Positions 25,179-38,318 of a DNA stretch of 64,000 nt are shown here, in pieces. A model generated the notes under the pieces. That model ran no database searches. It was given only the letters and a program-made list of their open reading frames with translations, and had not been told where the DNA came from. Numbering within the stretch: position 1 is the first letter of the stretch; the number at the start of each line of letters is the position of its first letter. Both the position numbers and the translations under genes were made by a program. Source of the stretch: Leucoraja erinacea (Eukaryota); the NCBI RefSeq assembly GCF_028641065.1, contig NC_073382.1, positions 7,316,001-7,380,000 on the forward strand. The letters run 5' to 3'.

Positions 25179-25935
25179 AATAATAATAATAATAATAAAT
25201 GTTATTTATGGGCGCCTTTCAAGAATCTCAAGGACACCTTACAAAAATTTAGCAGGTAGAGGAAAAACATGTAAGGGGAATGAAATAAATAGTAGAGACA
25301 TGACTAGTACACAAATTAAATACAGAATTCAATACAAAACACAGTATGAGGCAATTAATGCACAGATGAAAAGGGATGGCACGTGGGGCTAAGGATAGGC
25401 AGAGGTGAAGAGATGGGTCTTGAGGCGGGACTGGAAGATGGTGAGGGACATGGAATTGCGGATCAGTTGGGGGAGGGAGTTCCAGAGCCTGGGAGCTGCC
25501 CTGGAGAAGGCTCTGTCCCCAAAACTGCGGAGGTTGGACGTGGATGGAGAGGAGACCAGCTGATGTGGATCTGAGGGACCGTGAGGGTTGATAGCGGGAG
25601 AGGAGGTCAGTGAGATATGGGGGGGCCAGATGGTGGAGGGCTTTGTAGGTGAGGATCAGGATTTTGTAGGTGATCCGGTGGGAGATGGGAAGCCAGTGAA
25701 GTTGTTTGAGGACTGGAGTGATGTGATGCCAGGATTTGGTATGGGTGATGAGTCGGGCGGCTGCGTTCTGGACCAGTTGGAGTCGGTTGATGTAGGTGGA
25801 GCTGATGCCAAGGCGAAGTGAGTTGCAATAGTCCAGTCTGGAGGAGATGAAGGCATGGATGAGTCTTTCAGCAGCGGGCGGTGTGAGAGACGGTCTGAGT
25901 TTGGCGATGTTGCGGAGATGAAAGAAGGAGGTTTT
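25179..25935 (-). mobile_element. L2 LINE 3' part with (TAA)n tail
   Basis: Minus-strand translation FHLRNIAKLRPSLTPPAAERLIHAFISSRLDYCNSL..LVQNAAARL; tandem TAA at 25179-25197. Confidence 0.9.
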
Positions 25936-26084
25936 AATGAAAATTACGTCTTGTGCTCCTTGTGGTGGTGGAAACAGGGCCGCAAGATGAACGCTCTTTC
26001 CTTGACACTCGTGTCATTATTAAAGAGCATTTTTTATTTTATTTCTGCAAAATACTCTCAATTATCTTATACTGGAGGAATGTC

Positions 26085-27100
26085 ATAAGATCATGAGTGA
26101 TAGGAGTAGAATTGGGCCATTTGGTCCATCAAGTGTACTCTGCCATTCAATCATGGCTGATCTATCTCACCCTCCTAGCCCCATTTTCCTGCCTACCCAT
26201 AACCTCTGACACCCATACTATTCAAGAATTTTTCTAACTGCCTTAAAGATATCCACTGACTTTGTCTCCACAACCTACTGTGGCAAAGAATTCCACTGAT
26301 TCACCACCCGCTGACTAAAGAAATTTCTTCTCATCTCCTTAAAAGAATGTTCTTTAATTCTGAGGCGTTGACCTCGTTCCTGGGCTCATTTTCGTAAACC
26401 TCCTCTGGACCCTTTCCAGAGCCATCATAACCTTCCTCGGATAAGGTGCCCAAAATTGCTCACAATATTCCAAATGCGGCCTGACCTAGCGCCTTATAGG
26501 GCCTCACCATTACATCCCTGTTTTTGTATACAAACCCTCTCGAAATGAATGCTAGCCTAGCATTGTGTTTACTTTAGAAAATTATTTTCTAAATGTTTTA
26601 GAAAATTATTTTCAAAATTATTTCCTACTACTGAAATGCATGACTCCACAATTTGCTACACTATATTCTATCTCCCAACCTATCCAAGTCCTTCTGCAGA
26701 GTCCCTGCTTTCTCTACACTAACTGCTAGTTCCATATCATCCGTAAACGTTGCCATAAAGCCTTCGACCCCCTTCTCCAAATCATTAATTATTTAAGGCC
26801 AGCAGCCCAAGCACCGAGCCCTGTGGAACTCCGATAGTTACTGGCAGCCAACCAGAAAAGGCCCTCTTTTTTGCTGCTCTTTGCCTTCTGCCATCCAGCC
26901 ATCCTGATATCCATGCTAGTATCTGCCCTTTGATATCATGAGCTCACATCTTCCTTAGCAGCCTCCCATGTGGCACCTTATCAAGGGCTTTCTGAAAATC
27001 CAGGTATGCAACATCTACTGACTGTCCTTTGGCTGTGCTGCTATTTACTACTTCAAAGAATTCCAGCACATTTGTTAGGCAAGACCTCCACAAAGCCTTC
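26085..27100 (-). mobile_element. CR1 LINE fragment (RT to 3' end, with deletions)
   Basis: CR1 3' UTR at 26090-26220; LYKALGQAAFGIL-like (LYKALVRPHLEY) at ~26470-26500; DFQKALDKVPHGRLL at ~26960-27000. Confidence 0.85.
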
Positions 27101-27956
27101 CCTTCACAATATTAATTATCAGGTTGCAATTGTGACCACATTTTCATTGTGAAATGTCTTTGTAGAAGTGTATACAATTACAACAAGTTATAGAAATAGC
27201 AGTTCTGTTTTTGGAAAGTGTTGAGAACCTCATTTCCTCTTGAATGATAAAAAGCAGAAATGAAGCTACTTTTACAAATTCTGCTCTAGTTTCTGCAGTG
27301 TGGTCATGTTCTCAAGATCTCAGAAAAATATCAAATGATCTGTAATTTCATGTTTTGATCTTCACAGCATAATATAGTACAGTAAACTTTCGTTATAACA
27401 GGCCATAGGAGGGAGGGAGGGAGAGCAGGAATGGTGTCTCTTATTGCGTTATTGTTGATTTTCCATTGTAACCGAGTAGTTTATTATTATTGAGACTGAA
27501 GAAGGGTCTCTATCCAAAACATCACCCATTTCTTCTCTCCAGAGATGCTGCCTGTCCCGCTGAGTTACTCCAGCATTTTGTGTCTATCGTCGATTCAAAC
27601 CAGCATCTCCAGTTCTTTCCTATATAGATTCTTATTGTATGTAGTTGAAGCAAAGACCTGCAAATTATGGTTAATGCACAAAATAACACAAAGTGCTGGA
27701 GTAATTCAGCGGGCCAGGGCAGCATCACTAGAGAACATGGACAGGTAACGTCAGGACCCTTCAGACTAATGAAATCTGCTGAGTTACTCCAGAAATTTGT
27801 GTCATTAATCCTGAGAAGTGTGAAGAGCTGGAGGCAAGAAAAGATCAGGGCCAGCCACAAATGACCTCAGGCAGGGTATCCCATTGTTGGTTAGGGAAGG
27901 TGTGATCCCGAGAGGAAAACAATGAGGAGAACTGTGAAACTTGTAAAACGACTTAA

Positions 27957-28490
27957 GGGCATGTCCCACTTGGGCGACATTTTGAATTGAATTGAATTTC
28001 CTTTATTGTCATTCAGACCTTACGGTCTGAACGAAATTTTGTGCCTGCAGTCATACATACAATGATACAATAATAAACAACAATAAACACAAATTAACTT
28101 CCACCACAGTGAGTCCTCCAAACACCTCCTCACTGTGGTGGAGGCAAAAATCTTAGGGTTGCAGTCTCTCCCTCTGCTCCCTCTGCGCTGAGGCGATTCC
28201 CCACCGGGCGATGGTATAAACAGTCCCGCAGCTCACCGAACCCCGAGAACGGGCCGGTTCAAACACTGCGGCCCGGGGTGGTCGAAGCCGCCACACCTCC
28301 AATCCAGCACATTTTCGGCGAGAGCCTGAAAAGTGGCTGTCGCGTCGTGGTCGGGTCTTGACGCGGTGTGACGTGCGTTGACTTGACTCCCTGTCGCCTC
28401 TGGATTTTGGAATGTTCAAAATCCAGGGGTGACATCTGGGTGTCTCATCACGTCGTGCGCCCTGTCACACGCTGACGTGTGATGCCCGGT
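27957..28490. mobile_element. PIF/Harbinger-like MITE, left end plus central palindrome, right end missing
   Basis: TAA followed by GGGCATGTCCCACTTGGGCGAC; internal palindrome tgtcgcctctggattttg..caaaatccaggggtgaca (~28392-28434). Confidence 0.6.
27984..28308 (-). mobile_element. Retroposon 3' end related to 22085-22810, inserted in a MITE
   Basis: 7-bp TSD ACATTTT (27977-27983 / 28309-28315); hairpin TTCAGACC-TTAC-GGTCTGAA; (TTGAA)n tail. Confidence 0.78.
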
Positions 28491-28650
28491 TAGGGTTATG
28501 GACCACAGATGGGCTGTAAAAAATGTGTCCTTCAATGCATGGATTTTACACGCTAATATTAAAATTAATACAATAAATCAATTGTGCAAATGAAAAGATG
28601 GCTGAGTCGTTCAGTTTTATTTACAGATTTATTGGTCGGGTTCCAGATCC

Positions 28651-29851
28651 AATCATCGTCTCCAACATTTCACAGGGATGGATTCATTGAGTGTAGACTG
28701 AACTCCCCTCTCCCCCTGCCCCTATCCCTCCTTCTCCACTCCCCCTGCCCCTCCCAGCCCCCCTCTCCCCCCCCCCTTTCCTTCCCCCTCCCCCCCTCCC
28801 CCCCCCCCTCCCCCCTCCCCCCCCCCTTCTTCCCTTCCCCCCCTATTTCCCCCCCCCCCCCCCTCCCCTCTCGTTGCTTCACTCTTCTCCACTCCCTCCC
28901 CCTCCCCTCGCATCCCCTTCTCCCATTCTCCAATGCCCCACACTTTCCCCGACGCCCCCCATTTGTGGACCCTGACAGTGACAGCTAGATCCCACTAATA
29001 GTACTGCACAAAGGCCACATCTGTTTTAGTAACATTGACTATGGCATAAATGCAGACTTTGAGAACAACACCCTCCTAGCTTCAAAAGTGTGTAGTGGGT
29101 ATTTAGACTCAGTGGCCGGAGCAGGTGGGTAGCACTGGTACATTGACAGCATTGCCTGTACCCAGTTGAAAAGCCGCTGCCTCTGGGGGTTGGAGAGACC
29201 ATTGGAAGAGAGATCTGTTTCTGGGGCAACTCGTGGCCAACAGTTTAGTTCCCATGAGGAGCCGGCAGAACATTCGGGGTTCGAGTCCAACCCCTGGGGC
29301 TCCTGTGTCACAATTAGTTCAGAGATACAGTGCCCTTTGGCCCACCGAGTCCGCTCCGATCAGTGACCCCCCCGCACATTATCCCACACACGTTAGGGAC
29401 AATTTATACTTATACCAAGCCTATCAACCTAGGGCTAGGGTTACGGTTAGGGCTCGGGTTAGGCCTAGGGTTAGGGTTAGGGCTACGATTGGGTTGGGGT
29501 TTCCTTAAGTACTTCAAAGGCACACAGGTTTGTATAAATTGTCCCTAGTGTGTGTGTGTGTGGGATAGTGTGCAGGGGATTGCTGGTCGCAGGCTGGGTC
29601 CACAAATGGGGGGCGTCGGGGAAAGTGGGGGGGGGGGGGGGGGGGGAGGTTGGTGAATGGGAGGGGGAGAAGGGGATGTGAGGGGAGGGGGGGGGGGGGA
29701 GTGAGAAAGGAGAGAAGAGTGAAGGGAGGAAGGGTTGGGAAAGGAAGAAGGGAGGGGGGTGGAGAAGGAGGGATGGAGGCAGGAGGGGGTGGAGGGGAGG
29801 TCAGTCTACACTCACGGAATCCATCGCTGTGAAAAGTTAAAGACAGTGATT
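28651..29851. repeat. Long inverted repeat pair with C-rich / G-rich arms
   Basis: 28651-28972 is the reverse complement of 29596-29851 (tttcacag.gatggattc..gagtgtagactga..cactttccccgacgccccccatttgtggaccc). Confidence 0.9.
29429..29499 (+). repeat. Degenerate interstitial telomeric array (TTAGGG/CTAGGG)
   Basis: CTAGGG CTAGGG TTACGG TTAGGG CTCGGG TTAGGC CTAGGG TTAGGG TTAGGG CTACGA TTGGG TTGGGG. Confidence 0.85.
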
Positions 29852-32800
29852 CAGCCAGAGACTGCCTGACCCGCTGAGTTACTCAAGCACTTTGTGTCTA
29901 TCTTGCTGGAGTAACTCAGTGAGTCAGTAGCATGTCCTCCAGGGGTTTGCCTGACCCGCTGACTCCAACGCTTGTCCTTTTTTGTAAGCCAGCACTTGCA
30001 GTTACTTGTTTCAACATTTGGCGGTCGAATTGCTGTTTACAATTAGACTATTTTGCAGAATAAGTAAACTAGGGGTCATTATTCCATGTTTTCCAAGAAT
30101 GATTTTCAAAAAAAACTTATTGATTCAGCTTATTTGGCCCCATGATAGTATTTCTATGCATTGAGAGTTTTAAATGCAAGCGAGTACCTACTACTGAGTG
30201 ACTTTTACTGAGAAATCATGCAGAGAGATTCTGCTTTTTTATAACAAAGTTCTGGAGCTGAGCCACTTGATCCTAATGGGCCTTAACTGTGTGTCTGGTT
30301 TGGATCAGTGTACATTCTTCTAAAACAAGCAGGGGTTTGAGTCGGGCTGTGTTGTGTGTTACGCTAGGCCTGCTCAGCACCTAAAATAGTCCGTTGCAGC
30401 AATCACTCATACACACAGATAGGCATGTAGATACTTGAGTGTGTAATTAATCTGCCTCTCATTTGCAGCCCCCTCCCAACCCCACACGCTTCCTTGGCTT
30501 TTCGAACAGAGCATGTGATAACTTCATCATTACCTTCCTTGCAAAATCTAATCCTTAGCATATCTAAACTTGTATGGAGCAGGTAACTTTAATGATATTC
30601 ACAACATATTTGTGAATATGTTGCACAAGCGGTGCAGGCTCGAAGGGCCGAATGGCCTACTCCTGCACTTAATTTCTATATTTGACATTGGTGTATTAAT
30701 TCCTTTTTCAAATTTTGAGCAAAAAAACAAACTGCTGGTGGAACTCAGTGGGCCAGTCAGCATCTGTGGAGTGAAATAGACAAAGTTTTGAGTCTGGACT
30801 CCAGTCTTTTATTTCAGCATATGCAATCTGTCTTTTTAATCACTTCCATAAAAAAAAACACAAACAAGCAGTTCAACTGGACTCTGAGCAGGAAATATTT
30901 AAATATTAATACATCTCAAAGTACGTTCATTGGCTATGGAGGATGTTGCACCTTACATTTTTGCGTTAGCAGATATGTCAATGTTACATTTACCACAACA
31001 TTTAAATTGAAGATGGATTTTATAATAAAGGTATGACTATGAAGATAAAGCTGATACAAAGCAGCTTGATCTCTTCAGTCATGAAGCTGAGCCAGTCGAT
31101 GACATAAAAATGGACAGAATGTAGTGGCAATTATTTAGTGTTGGTGCAAATCTTATGTATGTGATGAAAGAAAGAAAAGGCAAATAGCAACAAATCTTAG
31201 TGCTGGAATATGTATCTCAGCGATTCAGACATTATCTCTAGAGGACATGGATAGTTGAAGTTTTTCGTCGGAATCCACCTTCAGACTGAAGGGTCCTGAC
31301 CCAAACATATATCCATGTCTTCCAGAGAAGTTACCTGATCCACTGAGTTACTCCAGCACTTTGTGTTTTGCTCAAGATTCCAGCCTTAACATTTGCTTGT
31401 TTCTCCATAAATGTTGAGAACTTGTAACCACTGGAACCTGCTATGCCATTCAGTGATAGTGTTGAAACAGGCCCCTTGCCCACACTGTCCAAAAGGTCCC
31501 AGCTGCACTAGTCCCACTTGCCTGCGCTTGGTCCATATCCCTCCAAACCTGTCCTATACATGTGCGATAATTATTTCAATTTCACTTCTCTCTTTTCTCC
31601 ATTCACCATTAACTCACTTACCATCCAAACATCCGTGTATTACATCCTTGAATATATTCAACACCTCGGTGTCCAGTATAGAGAATTCCAAAGATTCACA
31701 ATCCTTCAAGAGTAAAAACTCCTGTGTAGAAAGGAACTGCAGATGCTGGTTAACACCAAAGATAATCACAAAGTGCTAGAGTAACTCAGTGGGTGAGGCG
31801 GCATCCTCCTGTTGTATCTTAAATGGGGAAACCCCTTATTCATAGTCAGTGACTCTTGTTCTTAAATTGGCATATAAAAGTGATCCAGTGGCACCAGAAT
31901 ACCAGGCCTTAAAGTGAGAAAATAATAAATTGCATGCATATATATATATATATATATATATCGCCTTTAGCCAAGATCAGACTTTTCAGAGACTGAAGTT
32001 GCAAGATGCTGATGAAACATGGCGACTCTAGGCCTGGTGTCCCAGAAGCAGATTTACTTATAATGGTTTCACACTTTCATTTGCGTATGATTATATAACA
32101 TGATTTAACTTTTCACACTATCTCGGTGTATGTGTCAATAATAAACTGAACTAGAATCCCCACCAAATGGAAATGAGCTCTCAGCATGTTGCCTAGATGT
32201 GATGACAATACACTTTACAATGTAGGCTTTAATAATTGCAATGTGATCATTGGAGGTTGTTGTTGCTATATTTAGGTTATAATAACACAATTCATTGTAT
32301 GCATATCTGAAAGCTAACATGCACGTGCAATGGACAAATGGGACTTTAGCATTTTATTACAGGAAGTTTGGATTACACGAGTAAAATAGTCTTGATGGAA
32401 TTATATGGGGTTCCAGTGAGACCACAAATGGAGTATGGAGTTCAATTTTCATCCCCTTTGGTATACAGTTCAGGGACAATCCATCAGAACAGTTTCTGAA
32501 GAGACAATAGGCTAGGTCTGTATACTTTAGAGTTTATAAAAAATAATCGATTACCTTATTAAAGAGTATCAAATTCTTTGAGGTCTTGACAGGATAGAAA
32601 TGGACAGTGTCATTCCTTTGGCTAAGTAGTTTAGATCCAAGGGGTACTTTTAGAAGAAGGGATAGACCTAATCTGTATCCATGCCTTTCAAAGCTACTTT
32701 CTCCTCGGCAGCCACATTTTGTCTTAACCATTGTTTGTGTATTCGGTCATTTGTTTTGCACTGAAGTGAAGTATGGACCATTGGAAATTTACGTTGCATT

Positions 32801-33177
32801 TTGTCTGCAGGTTCTACTTGTTTCTTTGCGACTAATAACTTATGACTGGTTTTCTGTTACAAAATTTGGTTGTGACACTAGTCCAAAGGAAAGTCTCATT
32901 GCATCTACACTATCAATCCCTCCTGTTTGACACAGTAGAATCGTTTCCCATTCTTCCAAATTCCAGGGCAATACACTCACACCTGGAGTCAAGCTGGTGA
33001 AAAGATAATCTTAGTGCAAAATAAGCAAATCTCATTGTAATGAAGTCTCAGAAAATTAAGTTAATCTGACAAAAGTCTCGCCCTTCTCATGATCTCATAA
33101 TTGCTCATGTGCTTGATGACACTTTTTCATTCTCCACTGTTTAGCTTTATGAGATTGCACTGTTTACTTTAGGTCTT

Positions 33178-33274
33178 AGGCACACAAAAATGCTGGAGAA
33201 ACTCAGCGGGTGCAGCAGCATCTAAGGAGCGAAGGAAATAGGCAACGTTTTGGGCCGAAACCTTTCTTCAGACT
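33178..33274 (-). mobile_element. ~95-bp Penelope-related short retroposon (core mutated)
   Basis: TSD TTTAGGTCTT (33168-33177 / 33289-33298) with A-rich filler; GAAA changed to AAAA. Confidence 0.8.
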
Positions 33275-36200
33275 TTAAAAAAAATAGTTTTAGGTCTTTA
33301 TCTATTCAGTTGAACGTACTTGTGTACTTTCACTGCCTTTTATTGCTCCCAGAAAATTGCTTCTAGTGGTCTTTAAGAACCTATCTTGACTTCATCTAAT
33401 CTATCATCTACATTGCAGCCTTGGGCAATATCGGTTGCCCTACCCCACTCTTCCACCCGCTGATGCTGACTGCATCTTGCCTCAAGACGTCTACTGAAAC
33501 CATTGTCTATACTTCTTTTACCACTATAGATGATGCATGCTTACATGTTTCCCATGGTTCACCTTCTATAAGGTTGTGTTCAACCAAATCTTGTCGTTAT
33601 ATCTTAAATTACAATGTTTTGTTCACACATTGCCTTCTCTGCTCATCCCTTGGTTCACTTTTAATCAAAAAGCAGCTTAGTTTAAAGATAAATTCTTCCA
33701 TAGCCTTGACCCACGTATCTTCTGCAGCCCTATGAACCACACCAAGGCTCTGTGCTCTCGTATTCCCTTTTAAGATTCTTAAAATGTACCCGTTTAATTA
33801 AAATGTTGTCCTCTGTATTGTTATCTCCTTTTATGGTATGATATCACATCTAGTTGCTCTTGATTGTTTTCTTTGAAAGGTGCTTTGATAAAACAGATGT
33901 TTCTGCAACAAACAACATGTTAATCTGAATTGAGATTGAGTGCAGTTTGAAGAGTAAAAAATACTCTACATGGTGTATATTTTGTGAGGAAGAATCTCCA
34001 GAAGACATGTTGATATGGCTATCGGTGTGTGCAGTATTTTGTGTGAACCATTGTGCTTGTGTTCAGGGTGAACAACAGAAAAAATATAGCAACTGTTGGT
34101 GTCCACTTTTTCAAAGTCGATTGCAAGCAAACAATTGTGATGTTGTGTTGCTGATTAGTCTTCTGTCTGCCCAAGAATTCTCAAACAGTGTATCTCTTAG
34201 ACACTGGGGATAGAGATGTGGAATAACATGTTTTAACTGATAAACATTTTGCAGGTGATGAAATAAAGATAGAAACTAGAGTATCATGAAAATTTTAAAA
34301 GTAAGACAATTCTATTTTGAAGTGTATATCTGAATTACTATAACCTATTGAAGGCCAGAGAGCTCAGCATGAAGTGTGTGTGGTGGTGGGGGGTGGGGTG
34401 GGGGGAAGAGAATCACCATGCATAATAAAACGTAGCATTTTAACAGTGATCTACAGTGTTGGTTTGTAAATGCTTGAAATTCATCAAAACTGGTTACTTT
34501 GAGTGTAGAAGATAGAAGTCTGGATTGGTGCTAAATTGTTAGCAACTTCAGGATTTCTCAATGTACACATTGCATCACCATGTAATGTTCACAAACACTG
34601 GAGATTATTAGAACAATTAAACAGTCCTTCACCTGACATAATTAGGTGGCAGTCCTGACCAAAGATGTTATAGCGGAGCTCTAAGATCTTTAGTCCTGAC
34701 TCAGTCATGAGCTTCCATTAAGTGTCTACGGTTCACAGTTGCATTTCCTCTCCATAACCTGAGCACAAAACTTTGTGTAGTAGGATTTAATGCTATCAAA
34801 GGAGGAAGTAAATGTAATAGTGAAGCAATCCTTTCGTATCTTGGCAGGAAGCAAAATTTACACCAGGTTTCAAGTATATCACAGAGCATTTCTTCGTTCA
34901 CAAAACCCTTCTTCTGTGTCTTAATTTGAAGAATGCTAACGTTCTTATTACATTGGCAGCAGGGTAAAACTAATCCAAAATTACATCTGCAGGCAGTTTC
35001 CTATTTGATCTAGGGATAAATCTGTTGGAATCTTAGTCAAAATTAGATATAACGTGTATCAGTTTTGATATCATCAGAGTATTTGGAAAAACAAAATGCA
35101 TTTTCTGTATGAAGTGACTAAATGGGATTTAGGAGTGCATTAAACATGTCTATTTGCCCTTTAACTGTATTCAAGTTAACACCTGCTGAAATGATAGTTT
35201 CATTTATTTTGGCAAACTCGATATATTTAAAAAAAAACAAGCAGGAAAAATAACTTCTTCAAACTTAAGTTCTACAGTATTCTAGTGTTGTAGCCTGTGC
35301 CAAAGAACAGTCTGCAGTACGACACCTGGCCTCCAGAATACATGTTCAAGCCAAGAATTTAAAATTTCTTCATGTAGGACAAGCTGGGTCATTTACTGCC
35401 TGCCTGCCAGCCTCAGCTTTGCAGAACTGTATTTGAGGAAGGTATACTGGTACTGATATTTTAAATCGTTTTATAGAAAAGGCTACAATTATTAAATGAG
35501 AGGAGCAAACTTAAGACCTTCCAGCTCTGATTCTAAATGTTGTTTGTATCTGTTTAATTTGAATGAATGTTTGGGTAATTGTCTCACAGTTTAAAATGTA
35601 CTGTGGGTGTTTTACATTCTCCTTTTTCTCTCTTTTCCACTTCTTCAAATATATATATATTAATGTATAACTTTTCAATGGAAAGCAGAACTGATCCTGG
35701 GACTCCTGCCAATGGTGTTTTTTGAGCAAGATGCTGAGAATTGAGCACAGCCTGCCTTAACCTCTCGAGTTTTTTTAAAAATAGAAGCGTGGAAGTTCTC
35801 CATGTATATCAGGCGTACTCCTTGCTTTCACTGCCAATTCCCAACCCCACCCCTAAGATGCTCAGCTCAAATTGGAATCTCTTGCAGGACTACCCAATGA
35901 GTCCTAATTTATGTGATGAACTTGGAGATTGCTGAATTGTAAAGTAGAAGAATATTCATGTACAAATATGTAACTTTCCATTCCGAGGCTGTGGATAATG
36001 GCTAGTTTAAACTAGTCTAACATGATGGTAGACACAAAATGCTGGAGTAACTCAGCGGGACAGGCAGCTTCTTTCAAGAGAAGGAATGGGCTGACATTTC
36101 AGGTCCAGACCTTTCTTCAGACTGCTACTAATGTGATAATGGATATTGTTTGCATATTTAAAGACAATCTAAATTTCTAATTTTATGGCTTGGTTCTCAT

Positions 36201-37366
36201 AGAAAATAAATAATTTTGGTCTGACGAAACTAAAACGGACACATTTTTGTGTGCTATTGTATGCTACAATATTTTGAACAGCATGGTGCATGGAGATCGG
36301 GGAGGTGGGGGGGGGTGTGTACCGTTTATTTTGCAACCAAAACAATGACAGGTTAAAGTTAACATTGAAGTCTTAGCAGCAGTGACATTTCATTTTGAAA
36401 TGCTGTATTTATTGCATTAACCTTTCAGAAGTAAAAAGTGCTCATTGCACTTGGTTAAAAACAATGCCGAATTATACGTTGTAATAGCAAGTGATGGAGG
36501 ATAACTCTGGTTCGAAGCACAGCATATAAGGCAGTGGTTGGATGTGCTTATCACCCAAAGACACCATTTAATTTTTGTTGATTCAGTTTAATTTGGATGT
36601 TTTATAACTCCTGTTAGTTTCACTTTTCATGACCTAATCTAGAAATGATTCAGTTTCCCAAATAATTGAACTTCCCAGTCCTAGTGGTTCTAAAGTTAAC
36701 TATCTGAATTCAGCTAATTTCGGTAAGTGTGTCCTGGATTTGCATGGCAATCCACTGATGAAGTAACATCCAGGGGTGATACAGGAAGGTAAACACAAAA
36801 TGGGACTCAGTGGAACAGGCAGCATCTCTGGAGAGAAGGAAAGGGTGATGTTTCGGGTCGAGACCCTTCTACAGAGGAAGCCCTGTTGATTTGATTAGAA
36901 AGAAAAATGTAGGTTAGGTTAGCTTTTCACATTTTTACTTAATTTTTAATTTTAATGCTTGTTTTTAGTGGGTATTTTTACTCAATGGTTGACTCCACTC
37001 CTGCTGTTCTCTCGTGTCAAAATCTATTTCAGTATTCTGGGGCCGGACTCTGCAATGTTTGCTTAAACCCAGTAGACACTCACACCTTGGTGCATCTCAG
37101 TGCACAACTCTGGGATTGAGATTCCCAGGGCAATTGTACCTCCACATCTGTAGAAGATCAGTGCAACTGTGAGCACGTGAAGGAGTGTGGTGTTACGTTT
37201 GTGGGCTGGGCTGCAGCAAGTACATTTTTGGCCCATTGTGTTGAAAGGCATTAATCATTGGATCAAAACAGTATTTGACTGTCAAGTAAACACAATTTCA
37301 GTCTCTGTCATTTGTATGCTAAAGCAATTGTATAAAATTGCATGCTAATTGCTTCTATTTTCACAG

Positions 37367-37490
37367 GCCTGTGGGAATGCCAAAAATGGAAAAAGTATAC
37401 TTACACAACCCCAGCACAGAAGAAACGATCATATTAGTATCAATATCAGCAACAACATCACACTTTCATGCATCATTTTTTCAAAATAGG
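37367..37490 (+). CDS. TMEM131: TMEM131 coding exon (124 nt), PVGMPKMEKVYLHNPSTEETIILVSISATTSHFHASFFQNR
   Basis: ttttcacag / gtaaga; near identical to recalled human TMEM131. Confidence 0.97.
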
Positions 37491-38223
37491 GTAAGAATTC
37501 TATTTGCAATTATTCAAATGGCTGTAAGATGTCTTCTGTAATATGCACATAGGTGGAAACATTTAGATTTTTGTTTTATGATGGAGTGATGGTCTGCAAG
37601 TAACATGTGTGATGTGAATCATTTGGATTAATGGCAATCAAAATCTGGGGATGGAATCTATCCTTTGTCACAAGCGTTAATTGAGCAGTGTAGTAGAATG
37701 GAACTGAATTGTGGAAATAACGTGCAAAGAGTGGCAGCTATTACATTGATCATGCATCTTAAACTGAAGGAGATAGATTTCTGCTGCTTTTCCACAAGTA
37801 TGGATAATCAATGGTGGATGGATTGCTGTACGTATTGTATCTTAATGTTATGGCACTTAGTATTAAGATCTTAGTATTAGCACTTCAGAATTAAGATCAA
37901 GTATTAAAATTGATTAGAGTTTTGTCTTGGGTCAGCTTGACAAAGTTAGCAATCTGATTCAATATATGAAAATAAAATCAAAACTCAGATGCTGCAATCG
38001 TAAATGAAAATGCTAGAAATATTCAGCAGGTCAGGCTGCATCGTAGGAAGAGAAGCAAGTGAAGATTTTAAAGTTGGAAACCCTTTGTGGGAATTGCAAG
38101 AACTTGAAATGTTGGCTGAGCTCTTCCCACAAATGCAGCATGACTTGTGGAGTATATCCAGTATTTTCTGTTTGTGTGTTGAATGTTGTTATACAAGTTA
38201 TTTTAAAAGAAGGAGTAGTCCAT

Positions 38224-38318
38224 GTTAGACAAAAGTGTTGGAGAAACTCAGTGGGTGCAGCAGCATCTAAGGAGCGAAGGAAATGGGCAACGTTTCAGGC
38301 TGAAACCCTTCTTCAGAC
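38224..38318 (-). mobile_element. ~95-bp Penelope-related short retroposon with hammerhead core
   Basis: TSD TAGTCCAT (38216-38223 / 38319-38326). Confidence 0.85.

Noticed and set aside
26573-26615. Palindrome TTTAGAAAATTATTTTCTAAA with local duplication
   Set aside because: Short AT-rich slippage inside a CR1 fragment; similar small duplications at ~10116, ~45560 and ~56570 are unremarkable.
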